Below are positions 1-9,100 of a stretch of 64,000 nt of DNA, in pieces. Origin of the DNA: Pirellulales bacterium (GTDB lineage: Bacteria; Planctomycetota; Planctomycetia; Pirellulales; JAICIG01); NCBI GenBank assembly GCA_040901675.1, contig JBBDYJ010000041.1:81651-145650 (forward strand), in the 5' to 3' direction. The notes under the pieces were generated by a model, which was not told where the DNA came from, made no database searches, and saw only the letters and a program-made list of their open reading frames with translations. The stretch's first letter is position 1. The number at the start of each line of letters is the position of its first letter. Position numbers and translations under genes: made by a program.

Positions 1-180
1 GACTTCAGCACTTCATTCGGCTATGAATCGGTTCCTGGAACCTTTGGACCGTCTTGTGACCCGCTTGGCGATCCGCCGGTCAAAGACGTCGTAGTCGATC
101 TCGACCCGCTTCGTGACGGAGAGCGGACTTCAGCACTTCATTCGGCTATGAATCGGTTCCTGGAACCTTTGGACCGTCTT
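1..180. repeat. 55-bp exact direct repeat (1-55 and 126-180) enclosing an Rhs-core fragment
   Basis: gacttcagcacttcattcggctatgaatcggttcctggaacctttggaccgtctt occurs at 1-55 and again at 126-180. Confidence 0.9.
56..117 (-). pseudogene. Rhs core remnant (VTKRVEIDYDVFDRRIAKRV)
   Basis: Minus-strand translation matches the start of the orphan Rhs ORF (VTKRVELDYDVFDRRIAKRV) and the same segment of the large Rhs. Confidence 0.8.
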
Positions 181-318
181 CAGGCCCTTATGTCCATAGC
201 AGTTTAAGACTTAGGAAAGTTCAAGTGCCATTCGACTCCCGTCCCCCTTTCCACCCCGGACGGCCAAAACCAGGGGCTAGACCGATTCAAGCGGGCCTAT
301 CTCGTTCAAACCGTGCAG

Positions 319-861
319 TTATCGCTTTTGTATATGTTCGTCTCCTCTTGCAAATACTACTTGAGCAAGCCGTCCACCGTCTTTCGCGTACTGCGCGGCC
401 CCCGGCAGCATAAAATCTCCAACATGATCACGGATTCCCTTACGCTTGATCCAGCTTGCCAGCCGAGAAAACCATCTCCTGAATGCTTCACTCTTCTGAA
501 ACGTACGAGCGGGATCCTCCCTATGCCAACCTACGGTTTCTGCCCAAATCCGCCCTCGCACAAGTTGCCCTTCATCGATGTAGCTTCGTGAGAACTTAAT
601 GACTTCCGATGCTAGGGGCTCCACCACATAGTATTGCTGTTCCGGAACATACTCGACGATCGGCTTCGGGCTGTTATCGCGATCCCAGAGGTACACTGAG
701 TACCAAAATGGAGTGCCTCGCTCGGGCAACGCTGAAAGCAGTCGCAGTTCCTCGGTTGGCATCGCGTAGGTGAACACGCCGACGGATCGATCCGATTGAA
801 CGAATTCGATGAATTCCTTCTCGTCGCTATCCGTCATATAAAAATTGACTTGCTTTCCCAT
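319..861 (-). CDS. Probable immunity protein for the orphan Rhs toxin
   Basis: 180-aa lower-GC ORF starting 18 bp after the toxin stop; assignment rests on position. Confidence 0.65.
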   Translation of the reverse strand: MGKQVNFYMTDSDEKEFIEFVQSDRSVGVFTYAMPTEELRLLSALPERGTPFWYSVYLWDRDNSPKPIVEYVPEQQYYVVEPLASEVIKFSRSYIDEGQLVRGRIWAETVGWHREDPARTFQKSEAFRRWFSRLASWIKRKGIRDHVGDFMLPGAAQYAKDGGRLAQVVFARGDEHIQKR

Positions 862-879
862 GCTAGGCCCTCACGGCGA

Positions 880-2259
880 TCAATATTCGTGGAAGTGGCG
901 CTTCGCCCCTCGGACGTCCGGGCTGTTTCGAACGTCACGTAATGCGTCCCGCTCCCGGGAAACGGGTACCTTGGGTTTTGTCTTCAGCGTCCTTCCAACT
1001 TGGTGGACCTCGACAATCCGTCCAGTCTCCGGGTCACGAGCGACAACGTCCATGCAGCGAGTGTTCTTTTTTCCATTGACCGTTTTGACCGGCACTTCGA
1101 AGTCGGGTTCGAGGCCCCTAGAACGGATGTCGTCGGCGACTTCCTGAACCTTTTTGCGATGGGCAGGACTGCCAAGTTTGCCGTGCGGATTTGGCACGTC
1201 CTTCGATGACCGCGTTGTTGCGCGTTTTGCGCCCTGCTCCAGGCCGTCGCTCGCGCCTCTCTTTCCCGCGAGACCTTTGGCAGCTCGTTGGAGGCCTTTC
1301 TTAAGGGCCTGCTTACCGGCTACAACCGGGGCTCCAACGCCGCTCGCCACAAGGCCGGTGTCCGCGGCTGTGCCCAGTGCCGCCCCCTTCTCGCACACCG
1401 TCTCGACGGCTCCCAGGACTTTATCATTGAACCGATGGGTATCCCGCTCCCGCTTTCGCTGGTTAATCACCTCCTCTGAGCTCTTGGGACCGGTGGAGTC
1501 CGTTACACTGCCATCCGGGTTTGAGATTAGATACTTTCCGTTGCCGATGTATCTAATTCTGTAGCGCCGTTCAATCGCCAGCCGAAGCAGTAACGGGATG
1601 TCCTTGTCGTTGTAGAGGTCCTTTGGGCCAAACGTCTGCCCCGGCACAATTCCAGTAATCATGCCATTCTCGTCACGCTCGACCAATCCCGAGGGATCGG
1701 TGAAATTCGCCGGATCGTTGCCCACATACCGATTGAGATTGGCGTCCCCGCCTTCGAACCCGATGGGATCCTCGCTGATGAACCGGCCGGTCTGGGGGTC
1801 GTACCAGCGGGCCCGGTAGTAATAGAGCCCAAGATCGGCGTCCCACTCGCGGCCGGTGAACTGGTAGCGGGTCGCGGTGGGGTCGCCGGAGGTCAGGGCG
1901 CCGAAGGCCTCGTAGACGAGGTGGTGGACCAGCACGCCGTCGCTGTCGACCAGATCGCGGCTGGTGCCGAGGTTGTCCGCAAGTTGCCAAAGAACTTCGC
2001 CCGTGGCGACGTCTTCCTGGGCCAGCACCTGGTCCACGGCCGGGCCGTGCAGGTAGCGGGCCGCCAAGGCCAACGGCTGCGGGCCGGCCCCGTCCGGATC
2101 GACAAAATCCAGGAGGACGTCGTCCCCATCGTACACCCAGCGCTCGGTCCGGTCAAAGCTGCCGTCGCCGTTCGAATCAACGCGCTTGGCGATCCGCCGA
2201 TCGAAGACGTCGTAGTCGAGCTCGACCCGCTTCGTGACCGCGCCCGAATTGTCCTTCAA
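880..2259 (-). CDS. Orphan Rhs core + C-terminal toxin (possible PD-(D/E)XK nuclease fold)
   Basis: Rhs core motifs YQFTGREWDADLGLYYYRARWYDP and DPSGL, followed by a variable tip containing E..R..DVV..EVHQVG..RE. Lacks the N-terminal part; TTG start is doubtful. Confidence 0.8.
   Translation of the reverse strand: MKDNSGAVTKRVELDYDVFDRRIAKRVDSNGDGSFDRTERWVYDGDDVLLDFVDPDGAGPQPLALAARYLHGPAVDQVLAQEDVATGEVLWQLADNLGTSRDLVDSDGVLVHHLVYEAFGALTSGDPTATRYQFTGREWDADLGLYYYRARWYDPQTGRFISEDPIGFEGGDANLNRYVGNDPANFTDPSGLVERDENGMITGIVPGQTFGPKDLYNDKDIPLLLRLAIERRYRIRYIGNGKYLISNPDGSVTDSTGPKSSEEVINQRKRERDTHRFNDKVLGAVETVCEKGAALGTAADTGLVASGVGAPVVAGKQALKKGLQRAAKGLAGKRGASDGLEQGAKRATTRSSKDVPNPHGKLGSPAHRKKVQEVADDIRSRGLEPDFEVPVKTVNGKKNTRCMDVVARDPETGRIVEVHQVGRTLKTKPKVPVSRERDALRDVRNSPDVRGAKRHFHEY
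1692..2256. repeat. Near-identical duplicate of the Rhs core at 4832-5396
   Basis: Colinear match at a constant 3140-bp offset (for example 1801/4941, 1981/5121, 2221/5361). Confidence 0.9.
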
Positions 2260-2294
2260 GACCGCACCGAGTCCGGAATCGGTTGCTGGAACCT

Positions 2295-2948
2295 TTAACC
2301 GTCTTCAGTTCGCCCCTGTCGGATACGCTTCGCGAAGTCTCGGAGGTGCTGTCCTTCATCCCGCTCGGCCTCGGCCAGGAGAGGTTCGAGGTGTGGCGAG
2401 CCGATCCGGTGGAGGCAATCTAGGGCCATCATCCGTGCCCACTCCTGGTGCTCGTCCGGCCTGTGCCAAGCCTCCAGTGCGAGTGGCTCGACCGCCGGTG
2501 AGCCGACCCGGGCCAACGCCCCGAGGGCACGCCGCCGGACGTACTCGTGCTCGTCGCGTGCGAGGATCAGGAGCAGTTGATTCGCCTCGCCGCCTTCGTC
2601 ACCGAGATGGCCGAGTTCATCGGCCAGTTGCCACTTGGCGTCGGGCTCGCCCCGGGACAAAGCCGCCCTCGCCAGGGCGACGAGTGTCGCCGGATGATGG
2701 AGTCGAACCTCATGGGCGAGATACCGGCACTCGTTGTCACGGGCTATGGCGTACAGGACAGCCTGTAACGCCTCGTCCGACCATGCTTCAGGCGGACTCG
2801 CGGCCACGTGGTTCAGCACGGCGGCGTAGAGGTCATTCCAATGGCCGTAGTCGCATTCCCACTCCCCTGACCGGGGCCCGGGAGGATAGTTGTCCGCCCA
2901 CTCGCGGAACCGATCGACCTCGGTCAACAGATCCGCCACGGCAGCCAA
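2295..2948 (-). CDS. HEAT-repeat protein (possible immunity/accessory)
   Basis: Helical repeats such as DEHEYVRRRALGALARVG and AKWQLADELG; TTG start after a G-rich RBS-like run. Confidence 0.7.
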   Translation of the reverse strand: MAAVADLLTEVDRFREWADNYPPGPRSGEWECDYGHWNDLYAAVLNHVAASPPEAWSDEALQAVLYAIARDNECRYLAHEVRLHHPATLVALARAALSRGEPDAKWQLADELGHLGDEGGEANQLLLILARDEHEYVRRRALGALARVGSPAVEPLALEAWHRPDEHQEWARMMALDCLHRIGSPHLEPLLAEAERDEGQHLRDFAKRIRQGRTEDG

Positions 2949-2954
2949 CCCCCT

Positions 2955-3125
2955 TCACAAAACCCCAACTAGAACTAGAACGTCGGACAACGTTGCTCCC
3001 AAATCGTAGTCCCCAATTCTTGCATTTCCTGCCCAAAAGCAGACTTTTCCCAGCAGAAAGTGCCCTGCTAGGTCGTGATCGAGCTCCCATTCGATGGCGA
3101 ATCGTTCAGTTTCCCCATGAATCAT
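2955..3125 (-). pseudogene. Truncated immunity protein (Imm42-like N-terminus), 56 aa, absent from the ORF track
   Basis: ATG 12 bp after the Rhs stop: MIHGETERFAIEWELDHDLAGHFLLGKVCFWAGNARIGDYDLGATLSDVLVLVGVL*. The FAIE..G.(V/F)CFW..IGDYD pattern is recalled from Imm42-type proteins. Confidence 0.6.
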
Positions 3126-3137
3126 TACTGGCACGGA

Positions 3138-6100
3138 CTAAATCCCAAGCTGTTTACGAACGTCCTTCGGTAGGTCCTTCGGCTCTACAAAGCCCGTAAA
3201 ATGAACTGTTCCAGCGTTATCGCCGGTGAACCTGTATACCTTGCCGTCTGCTCCGACTGCATAACAATGCTTCATGCTACCGCGAACAGACCTTCCGTAA
3301 ACTTCCGCTGCATCTGCGGGTTCGGGAGTCTTTCGAGGATCGAAGTGAGGACTTTTCGGATCATGTGCTGGGTTGGTGCGGTACGGGGGCCGAATTCGTC
3401 GTTCGACAGTGCCGGGGTTGTAGGGTGAACCCTCAAGCGCAGGAGACGCAGTGTTGTTTTTTCCCGCAGCCCGCTCCACTCCGTCAGCCCGGCCTGAAGG
3501 AGGCTCGTACCGCTTGGGCTTGTTGTGGACCCAGACCGGCGGAGCGCGGCTGCCATGCGCTGCCACGAAATACGTGTGGAAGCCTTCCACTTCAATGTTG
3601 TAGACCGGCACGCCCTTCGGATGGTCGACCCGGCGAGTCGCCGTGACGATGCCGAGTTGACCATCCGCCTGCAGCACCTGGTCGCCCGCGACGAGACTCC
3701 CGGCCTCCACCCAACCGCGTGCCTCCACCCAGAAGGGATGCTCGTCGGTTGTTTCGATTCGCTGAGACGCACCGCCATCGGCGGCAATAAGATCCAAAAC
3801 GCGGAGGTGGTCAGCAGTGTGCCGGAAAACGTGGGCCACGCGTTTCTTGGCAACCTGACCCGTTTGCTCGTCCCGCGCCCACACCCAGTCCCCCGCCCGA
3901 ACCTCTTCGATGCTCCGCGTAGCCAATTCGGGGCTGGCTGCGTTTTCGGATGGTAACCGATCGCTCCGACCACGCGCACTAGTTCCACCCCCATCGGAAA
4001 GAAGGTTAACCGCCAAACCAGCGACAACAAGCAGGGCGGCGAACACGTTCTGGCACGAAGGGAGCCTCGCAATACACCCATGCGTCCAGGGAACATGGTC
4101 GGTCTTTTGGGCGGCGAGGTCTGACGAGTTGTCTCGCCCCTCGCTGCCACGGGCGGAAACACACTCCGTATTGTGCCCAGCGCTGGCGGCTTCCGGCATC
4201 GCGTTGTCGTCCTGGGCGAGCCTCTGTTTCTTGTCCCTGCCGATCTTGCGGGTGCTCGTCGCGACAAGCAATGCTCCCGCGCCAATTAGCCACATGCCCT
4301 TCCTACCAAGGGCTGAATCACCCGTGTTCAGCTTAACGGCATTCTCCGTCGTCTTTCCAGTGCAGCTCTCAGGGGCGAACCAAATCTGCGTACCTGCCGT
4401 GAAACAACCCACGCGACCCGCGTCCGAGGCCTTGTCCCCCGCGCGGGCGGCATCGTCCAGCTTGTTCGTGACCTTTCCAATCCTTCGGACGCTGCTCGCC
4501 CCCTTTGTGGCCGCTCGAGAAGCGCGCATTGCCCGCATGGCAGCGGACGCTTGCCCGCCTGCCGGCACGACGGACACACATACCTCCGCTATGAACATTT
4601 GCGCCTCGAAGATCGTTTCCCCTACCGTAGTGCTGTATTCCGGATCGCCAGCACGGAAGCGCTCGTAAGCGTAGACCGGATTAAACAGAAGAGAGGGGAC
4701 TTTGCCACGCATCCGTCGGGGTATAGGGTGCGGGAGGGGGGTATTCAGACCACGTTCGATTTCCTTACCTACGGCATCGACGGGCCTAAGACCCGTCTTC
4801 GGGATGTTGAAGCGTGGCGGCTGAAGACCGAAGGGATCGACATAGTTCGTCGGGTCGTTCCCCACGTACCGGCTCAGGTTCGCGTCTCCGCCTTCGAAGC
4901 CGATGGGGTCCTCGCTGATGAAGCGGCCGGTCTGGGGATCGTACCAGCGGGCCCGGTAGTAGTAGAGCCCAAGATCGGCGTCCCACTCGCGGCCCGTGAA
5001 CTGGTAGCGGGTCGCCGTGGCGTCGCCGGAAGTCAGCGTGCCGAAGGCCTCGTAGACGAGATGGTGGACCAGCACGCCGTCGCTGTCGACCAGGTCGCGG
5101 CCGGTGCCGAGGTTGTCCGCAAGTTGCCAAAGAACTTCGCCCGTGGCGACGTCTTCCTGGGCCAGCACCTGGTCCACGGCCGGGCCGTGCAGGTAGCGGG
5201 CCGCCAAGGCCAACGGCTGCGGGCCGGCCCCGTCCGGATCGACAAAATCCAGGAGGACGTCGTCCCCATCGTACACCCAGCGCTCGATCCGGTCAAAGCT
5301 GCCGTCGCCGTTCGAATCGACCCGCTTGGCGATCCGCCGATCGAACACGTCGTAGTCGAGCTCGACGCGCTTCGTGACCGCGCCCGAATTGTCCTTGAAA
5401 ACGGCGCCCACCAGCCGGTTGCGGTAGTCCCAGGAATACTCTACCAGGTGGTCGTCGGCCGGGTCGGTGGAGATCCGGGTGCGGGTCAGCCGGTTCCCCT
5501 CGCCGTTATACGTGTAGTTGAACGTGCCGTCCGACAACAGGCGGTTGTTCGTCCCCGTCGCGTAGCCCGTGTCGGTCCGGTTGCCGGCCAGGTCGTAGGT
5601 GTGGGCCTCGTCGGCCTGAAAGCTGTGGTCCGCCCCGGTCAACTGGCTGGTGGTGTCATAGCTGTACGTGCTCGTGCCGTCGATCGTCGAAGAATACTCG
5701 GTGACCCGATTCAGGCTGTCGAACTGCCAGGCGTAGCCGACCAGCGTCACGCCCGCGTGCTTGTGCTCCAGGCCCTCCAGCCGCCCCAGCGTGTCATAGG
5801 TGAACGTGCTGGTGGCCACGTCGGGCGCCGGGCTTTGGACCAGGTCCGTGAAGCGGACGATGCTGGTGAACTGGTGAATGGCGTTGTAGCCGAAATCGAC
5901 CCCCTTGGTGGCGACCGTGTTGCCGCCGGTCTGCCCCTGCTGCCGCACGCCCGTCATCCGCGACAGGGCATCGTAGTGGTAGGTGTTCAACAGGTCGTCC
6001 ACGCCGTCGATCTCGGCCGAGAGCGACGTGCGGCGCGAAAGCGCGTCGTAGGCGCTGTCCAGGATCACCCGCGGCGCGCCGGGCGTGTTCTGGTTGTCGA

Positions 6101-9100
6101 CCCGCGTCACGGCCCCCAGGCCGTCGTAGGTGAAGGCGTAGGCGCTTTTGGCGTCGCCGGCCGTGGCGAGCTGCCCGGCCGCGTCGAACGATTGCGTGAT
6201 GATGTGGACCAGCTCGCGCAGGTTGATCGGATTGCCGGTCATCTGCGGCAGGTTGATCCCGGCCTGGGGCGGCTGGAACGTGACGGTGTACGGCCCGCCC
6301 GCGCCGCCGGAGACCGACACGTTGTCGATATTGGTCAGCGCCTCCAGGGCCGACTCCACCGCCGAGGCCGCCGCGTTGTAGGCGATTGAGCCGGTGGCCT
6401 GGCCGTCGAAGCGTACGCTGAACGTGCCCGAGTAGGCGTCGTTGACGTTGATCCGCTGGACTTCGTTGAGCTGCGTCAGCCCCTGGATGTTGGTGGAGGC
6501 CGTGATGGTGCCCCCCAGCATGCTGGAGTTGTTCACGGTCAACTGGGAGACGTTGATGCCCGCCCAGGCGCCTTGGAACGTGACGGCGTAGGGCCCGCCG
6601 ACGTTTCCACTCACCTGCACGTCGCCGACTTCGATGTTGGACAGCCCTTCCAGGGCGGTTTGGATGGCCATCGGCATGGCGTTGTAGGCGATCGAGCCGG
6701 TCGTCAGACCATTGAATGAGAGCGTGAAGCTGCCGCCGGCCGCCTGGCTGGAGACCGCGATCGTTTGCACTTCGTTGGTTGGCTGCGACTTGCCCTTGAC
6801 GACTTCGGTGACGACGCCGATTTCGGCCTGGATCAAATCCACGTCCGTATCGCCCAGCTCGTTCTGAAAAGTCACGTCGAACTCGGGCCAGGTTCCGGTC
6901 ACCACAACGTTGCCCGGGCCAACCGCCCACATCCAGTCGAACCGGCTCTGAAGCTCCGCCGCCGTCAAGAGCTCGTAGACGTAAATGTCGGAACTTTCGT
7001 AGGCCAGGATGTAGCGGCCCGCGTTCGGCTGGAAGCTGATGTGCTGGACTTCATTGGTCAGGTTGTGGCCTGGCGTCGTCGTGCCGACCGAGACCAGCTC
7101 CACCCCGGACAAGCCGTTCCCGTTGGCCGTGATGGCCGGCACGTCGGTGGCCGCCGACGAACCCTGGAACGCGACCAGGAAGGGACTGGCGGGCGTGCCG
7201 GCGCCGGTCACGGCCACATTGCCGAAACCGATGGTGCCCAGGTTCTGCAGGGCCGACTGCACCTGCATGGCGGTGGCGTTGAAGGGGATCGGCCCGGTGG
7301 TCTGGCCGTTGAACGAGAGCGTCCAGTTGCCGCCCGTGGCCGCCGGCAGCACGATCTGCTGCACTTCGTTCCGCGCCGCGCGCCCCTCGGTCAGCGTGGT
7401 CACCACGACCGTGGGTAGGACCACGTTGCCGATCCATTCTTCCTTGACGAGCTGGTGGAGAGCGTCGTGGCTGAAATCGCGGATCTTGCCGGTCCGGTCG
7501 ACCATTTGGCTCAGATCGCCCGACTCGCTATAGACGTACTGCCGCGACAGACCCAGCTCGTTGAATTCGCTGGTGACCCGGTCCAACAAGTCGTAGAACC
7601 AGGATGTGTCGTTCCCGGCGCTGTCCGTCAGCCGAGTGACGTTGCTCACGGCGTCGAACGTGACCTGCGTTATGCCGCCGCGCGGGTCGATCGTGCGGAT
7701 ATGGCGCGACAGGTTGTCGTAGTTGTGCGTCGTGACCTGCAGTTGCTCGTTCGTGGCGGTGAGCAGGTTCGAATTGCCGTCGTAGGCGAAGGCCGTGGTC
7801 TGGCCCAGCTCGTCATCGACGCTCGTGGGGCGGCCCAAATTGTCCAGGACCCAGGTCGTGTCGCGCCCCAGCGCATCCGTGTGCCGCAATAGCTCGCTGG
7901 CAGCTGAAAAGACGTAGGTGGTTTCAGGCGATTCGAGAACTCCGGGGCCATCCGGATCGGCCTCGACCACGGAGACGAGGTTGTCCAAGAGATCATAGGC
8001 ATAGGTGGTCTCCGGCGCCGGCACGTTATCCAGCGGGTCCGGGTCGGTCGCCACGACGCGCACGAGCCTGGAGGCAGCGTCGTAATGGTAGTCGAACGCG
8101 GCCGGCTCGGCCGGGCCACCGAAGTCGGGGTCCGGGAGCTCGCGGCGCACGAGCCTTCCCAGGCCGTCGAATTCGCCGCGGGTGACCCTGCCCAGGGGGT
8201 CCGTTTCCGAAAGCACCTGGCCGGCGGCATCTACTTCGAACGTGGTGACAGGCGGCGTGCCAGCGCCCGCGCCGTCTGGGTCGCTGCCCACGGTTTGAAC
8301 GAGAAAATTCCGTTCGCTATAGACGTATTCGGTGACCGCCCCGCCAGGCTCGGTGACAAAGCGAACATTGCTGTTCTTATCGTATTCGATCTCGGTGGTC
8401 GAATCGTCGGGATGCACGATGAGCACAATCCGCCCCAAGTCGTCCCGCGCGTATTCGGTCACGCGCCCCAAGGCGTCCGTCCAGCGGAACATCTGGCCGG
8501 CGCTGTCGTGCTCGGCCACGGACAAAGGCCGCTGCGCCGGCCCCCCACCATCGGGATCTGCCTCGCGGATTTCCACCCTCTTACCGAAATTCAAATAGGC
8601 GTAGTCGGTGGCGTTGCCAAGAGCATCGATCTCGCGGGTGGCGCGATGGTATGGGTCGAACTGGGTTTGGAAGACAGGACTCGTCAAAGGGCCGCCCGCA
8701 TCCGGATCGGCCAGCGTCGTGGCCGTGGTGCGTCCCAGGGCGTCGACCGTGAGCGTCGTGACCCGCAAAAGTGGATCCGTCACGGCCACAAGCCTTCCGG
8801 CCAGGTCATGCCCCAGCGATGTGATCGTGGCCTGGCCGTTGGAGTCGTGGTCTGGCTGCGTGATTTTCTTGAGGTTGCCAAAAGCGCCGTGCTCGAAGAG
8901 GGTCTCCCGCCCCAGAGGATCAACTTCCTTGACCACGTGCGACATGGCGGAGTAGTGGAATGCCCAAATCGGGCTTGCCTGGCTGCCGGCGGCGCCGTCT
9001 GGGTCCTCAAGCACCAACTGGGTCAACCTGTCCAGTTCGTCGTACACCCCTTCGGTGCGGCGGCCCAACTCATCGATCTCGGCCGTGAGGTTATCCGCCG

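Noticed and set aside
2955..2957. Third selenocysteine codon (in-frame TGA between the Imm42-like fragment and the HEAT ORF)
   Set aside because: No Cys/redox motif, no convincing SECIS, and a composition change across the site points to a recombination junction.
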